Shown here: piece after piece, positions 1-11,777 of the stretch
How positions within the stretch are numbered: the first letter of the stretch is position 1
How the letters are laid out: every line of letters starts with the position of its first letter
Assembly: GCA_028277205.1 (NCBI GenBank)
Contig: JANQGT010000032.1
Location: forward strand, 1 to 63,312
From: Candidatus Altimarinota bacterium
Lineage (GTDB): Bacteria; Patescibacteriota; Gracilibacteria; BD1-5; UBA2023
Direction: 5' to 3'
Length of the DNA: 63,312 bases
Made by a program: the position numbers and the translations under genes
The notes under the pieces: model-generated
Databases searched by the model: none
What the model saw: the letters and a program-made list of their open reading frames with translations, nothing else
Told to the model about the DNA's origin: nothing

Positions 1-2
1 GG

Positions 3-2237
3 TCTCCGCATACCGAGGCATCCGATGAGACTCATGATGTCATATGACACATCGCATCAAAAGGCGATACTGCCATAAACCAAAAACCAAGCACAAAAAC
101 ACCGATGAGACCGGCGGATTTTTTGAAATTTGTCGGTAGTATTTTCGTGGTCGCGCTCATATTTTTCGGTTCTTTTCTCGCCTACATCGTCTTCAATCCC
201 GGGCAAGCGCAATTTTTCGTCTCCTTTGGTATCAATCCCGGTGATATTGCGACGCTTCTTTCGCGGCTCGTCAATGCGATTTTTGGTATCGTCGCGTTCT
301 TGCTTTCCGTCGTGTGGCTTATTTTTCTCTTTCGTGCTATCCGCACAAAGAAAGAGTACAAGAAGCGCAAAGCGATATCGACGGTGCTCGCGGTGTTTTT
401 CGGGGTGGTGTTGTTTTCCGGTATCTCGCTCTGGGCGTATCTCATCCAGATCATCGGGGCGTCGGACTACGAAAATCCCGACGGCGGAGTCGTCGTCTAT
501 GACAATGCCATGCTCCTCTCCGAGGATCTTTCTGATTCCGCACGCGTTACGAGCTTTGCAAATCTCATCGGACCGATCACACTGAAATACGATCTCTCGT
601 CAAATGCTCGGGTCGTCTCGCGCAGCATGTCCATCACCGGATATTCGGTCGACTACGACGGCGATGGGATATTTGATCAGGAGGGGACGAATCCCGCCAC
701 GGCGCAAAATATCGTGCACACCTACGCCGAGGTGGGGACATATACTCCGACGATCCGATATACCGGCAATAACACTGTCACACGAGATATCGAGACCGTT
801 GACGTCTCGCTGCCCACTATTGACGTGATCGCACTCGTCGCTGTAGAGACGATACCGGAGCGTATGGGGGGGGTGAAGATCCGAATCGATGCCAGTGCGC
901 TGGAGCAGTACGGCAATGTCGAGTGGTATTTTTCCGATGATTTCATGACTCCGGTCAGCACCAGATACCGCTTTTCTCCCGATCGCATTTTTCGAAGTGA
1001 GGACTTTGTCTGTCTCGCGCTCTCGGATACCCTCGGGTGAAATGGAAGCTGCGATCGTGTCTTTATCATCTCTGCAGACGCGACAGCGCCGATTTCAGGA
1101 GAGATTTTTCTCGTACGAAATGCTCTCGATCCTCTCACGTACGCCTTTCATCTCGGCGAGGATGAGGGGAGGCTGCGAGTGGAAAACGGAGGCATCGAGA
1201 CCTATACCTGGATCATCGACGAGCGCCAGACCATCAGCAACAGCCCTACTGCAGAGCACACATTTCGGCGCTACGGAGACCATAACGTCCAGGTGGAGCT
1301 TGTTGATTTCATCGGAAATTCCATCACGCTCGAAGAGCGCTTTACCATATACGAGCCTGTGGAGCTCGATATCGAGACCGGCTCTGAGGACGGCGTACTC
1401 GAGATCATGATCGGCGATGAGCGGGCTACTCCCGAGACATACGACGTCCGGACCAATACCTATATGTTTACCGATATCGCCGTGCCGATGCGATTTCTCT
1501 TTGATGGTCGGGACGTACGCGTAAAAAATCCGCTCTACACTCTGAATGACGTGCGATGGGATGGTGATGGAGATGGAGAATATGAGATAAATGACGATCT
1601 CTTCGAGTATAATGTCAATACCTCCGATCGCCACACTGTCTCTGTGCAGTACACATTTTACTCTGAAAAGCGAGATGATCGCCAGACTGTCGAGGAGACG
1701 ATCGTCATCGATGCCGAGGAGCGGGAGATTTATCCTCGATTTACCATAGAGAAAACCACCTCCTACGTCCCGGTGCTCGTCACTGTCGATGCGTCGGCGT
1801 CGAGCGTTTCCGACGGTGCTATCGCCAAATACATCGTAGACTTCGGAGAGTCCGGACGCCCACCGCAGGAGGGTGACGCCCGACAAAACTACCGGTATAT
1901 GAATCCGGGGACGTATGATATCACCGTCACGGTCGTACGCGATGACGGAGAGCGGGAGAGCGCGACACAAAAACTAGTCCTGAAAAAACTCGGAAATCGC
2001 ATCGTGATAAATACGAGTGTCTCATCCGGACTCGTTGGTCGCGGTGTTGATTTTGATGCGGCGGGGTCGGTCGGACAGATCGAGTCGTACTACTGGAAAT
2101 TTGGCGATGGCACCGTCTCCGTCGATTCTGCCCCCACTCATTCGTATCAGGAGACGGGGGAGTACACCGTGTCGCTTCGTGCGACATTCGCGGATGGATC
2201 AGTCCAGGAGCAGACCGAGACGTTTCGCGTTGAGTAG
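3..2237 (+). CDS. Membrane-anchored multi-PKD-domain surface protein (5' partial or start at 105)
   Basis: ORFs 105..1040 and 1179..2237 are in one frame joined by TGA at 1038; the frame is open back to the window start. About 3 N-terminal TM helices, then repeated PKD motifs (YDGDG, HTYAEVGTY, DFGE..YMNPGTY, WKFGDG..HSYQETGEY). Confidence 0.85.
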
Positions 2238-2440
2238 CTTTCAAATATCATAGTCACCCTCTTTACTCTGTGGAGATTGGGATGATGCCTCCGTGACACC
2301 GGAAAGCTCTGAAATGATATTCGTGGCAAAGCGGAATTGATAGGGTTTAGGGGGTCTCTTGTTTCATTGCCCCTTTCTGTATCTGTCAATGATTTGTGAA
2401 ACTATAGAAATTCATATACTGTCTTTTGTTTCTTATCCTC

Positions 2441-3769
2441 ATGACTATGCTCATCGAACCCAAAAACATTTCATGATTTCCCGAGCTGCTTCCGGAGGAG
2501 CGCATCATAGAGCTCGAGATTTTTGACACGATCCGCCGATGCTACGAATGTGCAGGATTTGTCTCGGTAGAGACACCAGCCGTCGAGCGACTGGAGGTGC
2601 TGACATCAAAAGGGGGGGATGACAGCGAGATCTACGCACTTCATCGGCTCAATGGCGAGCAGGAGGACGCCAAGCTGGGGCTGCACTTTGATCTCACGGT
2701 ACCGATCGCTCGCTATGTCGCCCAGCACTATTCGCAGCTGTCGTTTCCATTTCGTCGATATCAGATCCAAAAGATCTGGCGCGGAGAGCGTCCGCAGGCG
2801 GGACGCGCGCGAGAATTTACCCAGGCGGATATAGATATCGTCGCGGATGGCGAGCTTCCACTCTTTGCGCATGTCGAGGTCGTGGCGGTGATCCACAGCG
2901 TGTTTCGTGCACTGGGATTCGATACCTACGTGATGAGGATCAATAATCGCAAAATCCTACGGGGATTTTTCGAATCTCTGGAAATCCCCGAGGACACTAT
3001 CCCGCATGTCGTCCGAACTGTAGATAAGGTCGATAAAATCGGGCTGTCAAAGCTCGAACAGGAACTACAGACGCTGCTTGCTTCGCAGATGATCGTCTCC
3101 TCCATCCTCGAATATCTGGGTCTTCGCTCTCTCTCAAACTCTGAAAAGCTCGCCTATCTCGAGGCGATCCGCCATCCACTGCTCGCTCAGGGAGTCATAG
3201 AGCTGCGAGAGGTGTACGAGCGACTCATCCAGATGGGCGTCGAGGAGAGATTTCTGTCGATCGACCCGGCTATCGCGCGCGGACTGGACTACTATACCGG
3301 GACGATTTTCGAGACGTTTGACGTGGACAATGTATCATTTGGCAGTCTCGCATCGGGCGGCGCGTATGCGGATCTCGCGTCGCATTTCATCGATCGATCT
3401 CTGCCCGGTGTCGGCGGCTCTATCGGCGTGACGCGACTGCTGCAGCTTTTCTTGCAGTCGGGCAAGCGGACGCCAGTTGCCGCGACTCCGACCCGCGTAC
3501 TGATCACTCGTGTCCAGGAGGAGTACATCGACCGGTATGTCGCGCTGCTCTCGGGCTTTCGGGATGCCAGCATACCTGCCGAGATCGTCCTCTCCGCATC
3601 GCAAAAAATCGGAAAACAAATCGCCTACGCGGACAAAAAGGGCATTCCCTACGTACTCATTGCAGGTGAGGATGAGTTTGCGAAAAATGTCGTCGCGATC
3701 AAAAAACTCAAGACGGGCGAGACCCGTGAGTTTGCGCTCGGGTCGGATATGAGTGAGTGGCTATTTTAG
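2441..3769 (+). CDS. hisS: Histidine--tRNA ligase
   Basis: Starts MTMLIEPKNIS(G=TGA)FPE; motifs FDLTVP, WRGERPQAGRAREFTQAD, ARGLDYYTG, GGAY. Confidence 0.96.
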
Positions 3770-3787
3770 ATTTTCATCGGGCGCATC

Positions 3788-5596
3788 ATGCTCATCCCTC
3801 CCGGAGAGTCCGTCGTCGATACGAGATCATGTCGTGCCTGTGGGATAGAGTTTTCTATCACGGATGCGGATATGCGATTTTATGAAAAAATCTCTCCGAC
3901 ATTCGCTGGAAAAAAAGAGCTCATCCCTCCTCCGACACTGTGTCCCGACTGTAGACACCGTCGTCGACTCGCATTTCGAAATGAGCGAAAGCTGTATAAA
4001 CGCAAATGCGATCTCTCCGGAAAAGACATTATCTCGATCTATCATCCCGACTCACCCCACACCGTCTACGAACAATCTCTCTGGTGGTGAGACTCATGGA
4101 GTGCCCATGACTATGGCAGAGAGTTTGATTTCTCCCAGACATTCTCAGAGCAGTTTGGGGGGTTGTTGAAATCGGTGCCGAGGATGTCTCGAATTGCGGT
4201 TATGTCGGAAAATGTCGAGTATGCTCACGATGTGGACAGCATGAAAAATGTCTATATGAGTTTCAATTCATTCAATGCGGAAAATGTCTACTATTCCAGT
4301 GCCATATGACTTGGAGGAGACACCGTCTTTGACAGCTATCTCGCTATACAGACGAATATATGCTATGAGTGTGTAAATATCCTCGGATGCTTTGCTTGTT
4401 TTTTCTGCCTTGATTGTCGAGACTTGCGAAACTGTTTTTTCTGTCGAGATTGTCAAAACTGTGAGTTTTGCTTTGGATGTGTAAACCTCATCGGAAAGAA
4501 GTATATGATTTTCAATGAACAATACACACCCGAGAACTATGAGGCGTTTCTCAAAAAAGTACGAGATGGCAAAAAATCTACGCTCGATAAAATCAAAAAT
4601 CAATTTCAGCAACATACACTGAAGCATCCAAGACGATATGCACAGATCACAAAAACCGAGAACGGGATCGGAGATTCTATAGATAGCTCAAAGGATTGTA
4701 TCGCCTGTTTCGATGGATTCTTTTCGGAAAATACGCGGTATTCGCTGATTTTCGTCGGACTGGTTGATAGCATGGATTGCACAAACAATGGGTGAGATCA
4801 GAGTACTCGCTGCCCCGCAAACTATGAAGCAATCGGAAATTATTTTTCAGAGAGGATTGCCTTTCTCAATTGGTGCAATAAGACGCATGATTCGCAATGG
4901 TGTGACACATGCTATTATTCCCATCATCTCTTCGGATGTGTAGGATTACGAAGTGCGGAATATGCCATCCTCAACACCCCCTACTCCACCCACGAATACG
5001 ACACTCTCGTCCCAAAGATCATCGCTCATATGAGAGAAACGTGAGAGTGGGGAGAATTCTTTTCTCCATCACTCTCACCGTTTGGATACAATGAGACAGT
5101 GGCAATGGAGTACTTTCCTCTCTCAAAAGAAGAAGCTATCGCAGCGTGATTCAACTGGAGCGACTATGAGCCTCCACTTCCTCAGGTGGAAAAAATCATT
5201 CCTGCACACAAACTCCCGGATACTATCGATGCTATCCCCGATGATATCCTCAACTGGGCGATAGAATGCGAGATCACCAAAAAGCCATATAAGATCATCA
5301 AACAAGAACTCGATTTCTACAGAAAACACAAACTCCCAATTCCTCGCAGACATCCCGATCAGCGACACCTGGATAGACTCAAACAACGAAACCCGAGAAA
5401 ACTCTACGAGAGACACTGTGATAATCCACACTGCGAACACATTGCCAGACAAAAACACCAACCCCTCGATGATACAAACAGTATCCTCCACGAATCCACT
5501 AACTCCAGACGACGTATCATCATCACTCCCTATGCTCCAGACAGACCGGAGAGGGTGTATTGTGGGGTGTGTTATGATCAGGAGGTATATGGATAA
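3788..5596 (+). CDS. Cys-rich zinc-ribbon / repeat protein of a CPR-expanded family of unknown function (602 aa)
   Basis: Single frame through 5 TGA codons. N-terminal CxxC...CPDC, central CxxCxxC repeats (CFACFFCLDC..NCFFCRDCQNCEFCFGC), GEWGEFF..SPFGYNET, C-terminal YCGVC. Confidence 0.8.
3878..3987 (+). repeat. 110-nt direct repeat, copy 1 (copy 2 at 5718..5827)
   Basis: By-eye alignment shows 3 mismatches over 110 nt at offset 1840. Confidence 0.9.
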
Positions 5597-5627
5597 GAAC
5601 CGGTTTTTTTAGTCAAGACTACAGCAT

Positions 5628-5883
5628 ATGTACACTCCATCGGGAGAGACCGTCGCAGAAACCCGGGTCTGTCCGGTATCCGGAGAGGTGTTTCCGGTAT
5701 TTAGCGGTGATATTGATTTTTATGAAAAAATCTCTCCGATATTCGCCGGAAAAAAAGAGCTCATCCCTCCGCCGACACTGTGTCCCGACTGTAGACACCG
5801 TCGTCGACTCGCATTTCGAAATGAGCGGAAACTCTATAAAGAAAATGTGATTTTTCCGGGAAGGATATTGTTTCGATGTATTG
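5628..5883 (+). pseudogene. Truncated, frameshifted paralog of the upstream Cys-rich protein
   Basis: Encodes the same N-terminal zinc ribbon (PPPTLCPDCRHRRRLAFRNERKLYK). A 1-nt loss at about 5840 shifts the homologous KCDFSGKDIVSMY into another frame, and homology ends near 5883. Confidence 0.8.
5718..5827 (+). repeat. 110-nt direct repeat, copy 2
   Basis: Matches 3878..3987. Confidence 0.9.
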
Positions 5884-5906
5884 CTTACATTTTTGCTGTT
5901 TTTAAT

Positions 5907-5934
5907 TTGACACAAAATCAAATTCAGATACAAT
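5907..5934 (+). promoter_or_regulatory. sigma70-type promoter for the pentapeptide-repeat gene
   Basis: TTGACA-16 nt-TACAAT, 37 nt upstream of ATG 5972. Confidence 0.55.
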
Positions 5935-5971
5935 ACATTTGTTCCATGTATTTCTTTTACTCTTTCTTTAT

Positions 5972-6904
5972 ATGAACACATGAATACAGTCTCGGTTATA
6001 TAGGGGTTCTTCCAATGATAGAATTGAAGAACTTCGGGTGTATAGGACTCTACGCGATTGATTAGACCTGGATTACCGTTTGCTGGCGGAAATTTTTCAG
6101 GGCGAGGAGCATGCTTTGTTCTTATTGAAAACGATGCAGCAAGCAAGCTGTCAACTTCAAATGCTTTTGGATAAGAAGATCTGGACAATCGAACGGAATG
6201 AACAACCAAATAAGACAGTTGAGATGCTTTGACATGATACAAAGTTCACTACAAAGGCTGTGATGAGCATGGGTGCACCTACCTCAGACGGATCCATTCC
6301 ATCGAATACACCTCCTTCTATACCTCCCCCTGCACCTCGTGTATCTAGTCCCGCACACATGAGAAACTCCGAGAAATCCTCCTGAGGATTCCGCAAGGTA
6401 GATATAATTGATGGTTGCGATAGCATTGACGAGCGTAAGAAAGCTCTTGAAGTACTCCTACAAAGACGCCTTTGGATAAAAGATGAAAAAATACAGGTGC
6501 AGTGGAAAAACGTGAAGTCCTCTCATTTACTGCAAGATTGCGATCTTCGTGATACGCGTTTTTTCGGTATAGAAAAGAATGGAGAGGCTCTTGCTTTCCA
6601 TGGTGCTGATCTGCGTGACGCGGTATTTGAGGGAAAATGTTATGATGCGGACTTTAGAAACGCTAATCTTTGTAATGCGAATCTCACAGCTTTGTGACAT
6701 TGAGATATTAGATTATCAACAAGGACGCTTTCCGGGGCCTCCGCTTTAGTGCGTACACGCCTGTCGCGACAATTCCTTGAAAATGGTTTTACCTTGGATG
6801 GGCAATGGTATCGTCCGGGTCCTGTCTATCCTGGACAGAATGGTCGCAGTATAGACGAAGGCATAAGGGCATTACGGGCTGCGGGGGCGGAGATTGTTTG
6901 ATAG
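5972..6904 (+). CDS. Pentapeptide-repeat-containing protein (310 aa) with Pro-rich linker
   Basis: Open from ATG 5972 to TAG 6902 when TGA=Gly. Repeats CDLRD, ADLRD, AVFEG, ADFRN, ANLCN, ANLTA; linker PPSIPPPAP. Confidence 0.7.
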
Positions 6905-7108
6905 CAATTTGATAGCAAATTGATCAGTTTGCTTCAGCCTCAGATCATATAGTGATTTCTGACCAAGAAAATCCGAGAAGGTCTCGACTCACAGAAGGTA
7001 TCATATATACTCTCCGCTGTGCTTTCGTATAACGAGAAGCTTCAGAAAAACGAGCATGTTTTTACGATGATTTCGCAATAGCGTAAGCATGAATACGGAG
7101 GTGTGGGG

Positions 7109-7243
7109 TTAGAGGAGGAGGGCAAATGCGTCGAGCTCCTCGCGCGTGAAGTGGGGGACGAGGTGGAGCATCGTGCGCTTTTCGGAAAAAGACAGCTCTG
7201 ACGAGGTGAGGAGGATGTGGTAAAACCGTTCGTTTGCGGGCAT
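7109..7243 (-). CDS. Small hypothetical protein (44 aa)
   Basis: MPANERFYHILLTSSELSFSEKRTMLHLVPHFTREELDAFALLL; host-like codon usage (CTC, GAG); divergent from ruvC. Confidence 0.4.
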   Translation of the reverse strand: MPANERFYHILLTSSELSFSEKRTMLHLVPHFTREELDAFALLL

Positions 7244-7298
7244 AGTTTGGTGCGATGAAGGGCGAAGGGATGTGTAAATATTACAATACTAAAATAAT

Positions 7299-7793
7299 AT
7301 GTCAATTATCCTCGGTCTCGATCCCGGCACGACGACACTCTGATACGCATTTCTACAGTCTCGTGGACGGGGAGAGGCGCATATCCTCGATGTCGGTGTG
7401 ATCGACACCAGCGGACAATCCTCACAAGCGCAAAAATTTCTAGCGCTCGCCGAGGATATGGAGACGCTGCTGGACCGGTATCGTCCTGGATGTGCCGGCG
7501 TGGAGAGACTCTTTTTTTCAAAAAATCAAACAACCGGTATCGCCGTCGCCGAAGCGCGAGGAGTCGTCTGCTATCTGCTTGCGAGGCGGGGTATCCCTAC
7601 CATCGAGTATACCCCGAGCGAGCTAAAACGCGCACTCTGCGGAAACGGTCGTGCGCCGAAAATTCAGATGCAGCGAGCACTCATGAAAATCCTGCATCTG
7701 CCCGAGCTGCCGACGCCGGATGATGCGGCGGATGCGCTCGCACTCGCGTATGTGGCGGGACTCTCAAATCGCACTGGCGAAGGTATCGCGTAA
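7299..7793 (+). CDS. ruvC: Holliday junction resolvase RuvC
   Basis: ILGLDPGTTTL(G)YA, VERLFF, YTPSELK..G.GRAPK, PDDAADALA. Confidence 0.95.
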
Positions 7794-7815
7794 TAGCCTT
7801 CTCCTCCAGTACTGC

Positions 7816-9030
7816 CTACTTTTCTGCTGTCACCAGGATGAGCAGATCAAATGCGAGCGCCCGACGTGTCGCCTCGTCGATGATACCGGCGTTTTCATCA
7901 CCGGTATCCGCTATGAGCAGCCGATCGCGCTGATATGCTATGAGTGCCTCGCGAGTGATATCGCCGTAGATCGCCGTATCCTCATGATCGAAATATCCAA
8001 GCAGCGCCAGCGTTTTTTGCAGCTCTCGTACTCGTTTGCTGACTTCGCCGTACTCTGGTGAGCCGATTTTTTCTAGGTAGGTGTTCACTTGCCGTTTTTT
8101 CATCTCGATGAATGCGAGTCGTTTTTTCCCCTCTTCACGAGCCTCCCACTCTCGTGCCAGATAGTCGGCGTAGATTTCTCGCAGTGCCGCGCGCGTCCGG
8201 GGTCAGTAGTGCCCGGCGCCATAGTCGGACGCACTCGCCACGATGCCGCGCTCTATCTGAAATGCCAGAATAGTCTCATAAAAACGCGCACTGTACACGC
8301 CGTCTATCGGTCAGTCATAGCGACCGATCTCGGCAAATACTGCTTGGACACGGCGGATATGCTCACTGTCGCTGGTACGACTGACCGCCACACGAAAAGC
8401 CAACTCCTCTCCAATGGCGCTTTGGATGTATTTTTCTCGGGGATGCGATTCGGTTGGCTTAGCGGATTCGTGCACGACGATATCACGCGCTCATCCGAGA
8501 CGCGCCACGACCTCATCGTAGGCGAGGGGAAATCGGGTGATGTCGATGCTCGCGGGGGATTCATTGATTCACAGTACTCGTCAGCGCACCTCTCGCTTTC
8601 AGAATGTCAGTGCCCGTACGAGTCCCGCCTCGCCGTATCCCATCCAGATATCGATTCGATCGCTTGCGTATCCGCGCTCTCCGGCATGTACGATCGCTCC
8701 CCCGCGATCCTCCACGATGCCGATACCGACGCCTTCCAGCTCGATGCGCGTACCAAATGCATAGCGCTTTGGAGCGGCGAGCATCCCCGGAAATACCCCT
8801 GCTCCGCTGGCTCACTGGACGCCTCGACCATTCAGGATGATATCGGCTTCATAGCTTCATCGCAGGTACATGGACTGATCCGGCAGCGGGCTGTAGTACG
8901 CTGTCACGACGAATGTTTGATATACTTCTTCTGATGCCTGTATCTCGGATATATCTACGAGAGATCAGGCGCTGATCATGAAAAGCAGGAGTACACTGAT
9001 CACACTATCAGCACGAGTACGAAATCACAT
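7816..9030 (-). CDS. Secreted 3D-domain (lytic transglycosylase-like) protein with peptidoglycan-binding domains
   Basis: One frame with TGA=Gly. Hydrophobic N-terminus, VTAYYSP, FGTRIELEGVG..VEDRGGAI, RIDIWMG; two PG-binding-like repeats (GRYDGPIDGVY, LQKTLALLGYF..AIYG). Confidence 0.85.
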
Positions 9031-9200
9031 GAGATGGATATTTATTTTCAAAAATGAACCGAAGATCATACTACCAAATCTCGAGAGTATTTCGCAACTG
9101 TGAGAGTATTGACGTATGGTATGCAGACATATAAAGCTCATTTTCCGATGAAAATTATTTGCAAAACTCTCAAAATCGATACAATTACTTTTCGGCGACG

Positions 9201-9232
9201 AAAAGGATTTGCCCCCGGGTGAATCTTTTTTT
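9201..9232 (+). terminator. Weak intrinsic terminator/attenuator in the nusA leader
   Basis: AAAAGGATTTGCC-CCCG-GGTGAATCTTTTTTT: hairpin with several G-U pairs plus T-tract, lying between a promoter-like TTGCAA..TACAAT (9159-9185) and the nusA ATG. Confidence 0.6.
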
Positions 9233-9272
9233 ATCCGAGATTCATAGTCATGTATTTTCATCTCTAAACACC

Positions 9273-10367
9273 ATGATAGATCTACAGCGCATCGAAGCCG
9301 CCATCAATCAAATCGCCTCCGAGAAAAAACTCGATCGCGAAAAAATCGTCGAGGTCATCGAGGCGGCGATCAAAACGGCGTATCGAAAAGATTTTGGCAG
9401 TAAAGACAGTATCGTCAATGTCCAGCTCGATTTCGAAAGTAATGAGATCGGCATCTCGGTAGAAAAAACCATCGTCTCCGAAGTGGAAGATCCCGCTATG
9501 GAAATTTCCTTTACCGAGCTCGGGGAGGATGCCGAGGGATTCGACGAGGGAGATGTCATAGAGCTCGATGTCACGGACGAGGTGTTGGAGTCCGAGGGAT
9601 TCGGGCGTATCGCGTCGCAGGCGGCGCGCCAGGTCATCATCCAAAAAATTCAGGAGTCCGAGCGGGAGAAGCTCTATGAGCTCTTCAAATGAAAGCAGGG
9701 TACGCTCGTCAATGTCCGTGTGGAAATCGTGGAGCGTAGTCGGGTGATATTCGACTACAACGGGACGCAGGTCGTCCTCCCCCGATCCGAGCAATCAAGC
9801 AAAGACCGGTATATTCCGGGACAGCGCATGTTTTTGTATGTAAAGACGGTGGATCTGGATGAGATGGGGGCGCCGCGCGTCGTACTGTCACGAAAGGATT
9901 CGGATCTGGTCGCCTCGCTTTTCGCGATGAATGTGCCGGAGATGGAGGACGGTATCGTAGAGATCGTCAGCATCGCGCGAAATCCGGGATTCAAAACAAA
10001 AGTCATCGTCGCAAGTCCGAACGACGAAGTCGACGCCGCCGGATGTCTGATCGGTCCGAAAGGTATCAGAGTGCGAAGCGTCGTGGACGAGCTCTTCGGA
10101 GAAAAGGTCGATATCATCAACTATACCGACAATAAAGCGGAAGTAATCCGTGAAGCTCTCGCTCCCGGAAAGATCGAAAATGTCAAAATCCTCGAAGACG
10201 ACGAGACTGCGGTCTGCACTGTCTATGAGGGTGAAAAAGCCAAGACGCTCGGGAAAGGCGGTGTCAATATCAATCTCGCCTCTGATCTCACGGGATACCG
10301 TATCATTTTGGAGACTCTGCCAGATCCGGAGTCAAATGAAGACGATACAAAAATTCAGAATGCATAA
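9273..10367 (+). CDS. nusA: Transcription termination factor NusA
   Basis: FGRIASQAARQVIIQKI, S1 domain, KH motifs IGPKGIRV and LGKGGVNI; joined at TGA 9690. Confidence 0.96.
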
Positions 10368-10378
10368 TTTTCTCATAC

Positions 10379-10903
10379 ATGAGAGAACGCATAGAAATAT
10401 CCGAGTCGCAAATTCCTGGTATCGGGCGCTACTACGAGACCAACGAATGATGGCGACGACGGTCAACTGCGAGAGCGGTGATCATGCAGCGATGAAATTT
10501 CGTGCTGCTGTATGACGGTCGGTATAAACATCATGACTGGATTTGAGGAAGAGTCGAATCTGGAGAGACGATTCGTGCGACAATGGCTCGGGAGCTCTGT
10601 GAAGAAGTGGGAGTATCAAACTTTCAAATGGATGATAATTCATTGCCAACGATAGTGGAGCGACATGCGCGCGACAGATGCATTCACATAAGTCACTTTT
10701 TTCTGATTTGCGTATGCACTTCGACGGACATCGTACTCAGGGAAAATTTTTCACCCGGTACTCGCATTGACAGCCTTGCTCCGGATACACTCCTTGGGAC
10801 ATTGGATTCTCATGCTCCGACATGATATCGCAGTAAATTTATTCAGATGCGTACTCGTATTATTGCGCAAAGAGCACTTCTGATTTCTCATTCAATTTTC
10901 TAA
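10379..10903 (+). CDS. Nudix hydrolase
   Basis: Nudix box (G)GRVESGETIRATMARELCEEVG is visible only with TGA=Gly. Confidence 0.75.
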
Positions 10904-10913
10904 ATCCCCCGAT

Positions 10914-11381
10914 ATGCCTACACATCGCACCAAAATTCTCCTCCTCCGACATGTCGTGAATGTCGGCAAACAAGGCGACATCGTAGAGGTCAGCTCTGCG
11001 CAGGCTCGAAATTTTCTCATCCCAAAAGGACTCGCGAAAGAAATCGACGAAAAAGCACTCTCTGACATGAAAGCCCGTGAAACAAAAGCGCGCGAAAACA
11101 GCGCCGAGCTCGTGAAAAATAAGCAAGCGATTCGCGAATCGCTGCATTTGCAGACGCTCGATTTTCCGATGCGCGGGCAGGGCGAAAAGGTATTCGGTGG
11201 GATATCGGAGCATGAAATCATCGAAAAGATCAAGCATGAATACGGCTACACACTGGAAAAACGACATATCGTCCTCCCCGAGGGAAAGCACCTGAAAACT
11301 CCGGGCGATCACGATATTCGCGTGAATCTGGGACACGAAGTCTATATCCGCATGACCGTCCGTATCCGTGTTGTCGAGTAG
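10914..11381 (+). CDS. rplI: 50S ribosomal protein L9
   Basis: ILLLRHVVNVGKQGDIVEV..ARNFLIPKGLA; KVFGGIS. Confidence 0.95.
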   Translation: MPTHRTKILLLRHVVNVGKQGDIVEVSSAQARNFLIPKGLAKEIDEKALSDMKARETKARENSAELVKNKQAIRESLHLQTLDFPMRGQGEKVFGGISEHEIIEKIKHEYGYTLEKRHIVLPEGKHLKTPGDHDIRVNLGHEVYIRMTVRIRVVE

Positions 11382-11766
11382 TGTCATCCTCGGGGTAGAC
11401 TACGGCGCACGGCGCTCCGGGATCGCCGTCGCGAGGGAAAATATCGCATTTCCCCTGACTGTCGTCCACTCTCCCGCTCTCATCGAAACACTTGAAAAAT
11501 TTGCCATAGAGGAATCCGTGGATACCATCGTCGTCGGTCTGCCGCGGCGACTGGACGGCTCCGAGAGCGATACGACCCATCGGGTTCGCAGCTTCGCGGG
11601 CAGGCTCGGAAGAGCGCTTTCGGATATCGCCATCGAGCTTTGGGATGAGCGGCTCTCATCCGTCGAGGCGTCCCACGTCCTCGCGCAGATGGATGCACGC
11701 GGTCCTGACGACGCTATCGCTGCGAGCATCATGCTCCAAAATTTTCTGGATACCAATCATTTATAA
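11368..11766 (+). CDS. ruvX: YqgF/RuvX family nuclease
   Basis: ILGVDYGARRSGIA, VVGLP, WDERLSS, DDAIAASIML; TTG start overlaps the rplI end. Confidence 0.92.
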   Translation: MLSSSVILGVDYGARRSGIAVARENIAFPLTVVHSPALIETLEKFAIEESVDTIVVGLPRRLDGSESDTTHRVRSFAGRLGRALSDIAIELWDERLSSVEASHVLAQMDARGPDDAIAASIMLQNFLDTNHL

Positions 11767-11777
11767 TCCTCTCTCTC

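Noticed and set aside
2238..2440. 200-nt gap before hisS as a T-box or ncRNA
   Set aside because: No T-box consensus or terminator was recognisable.
3878..5827. Repeat pair as a diversity-generating retroelement TR/VR
   Set aside because: Mismatches are not adenine-specific, lie at the gene 5' end, and no reverse transcriptase is in the window.
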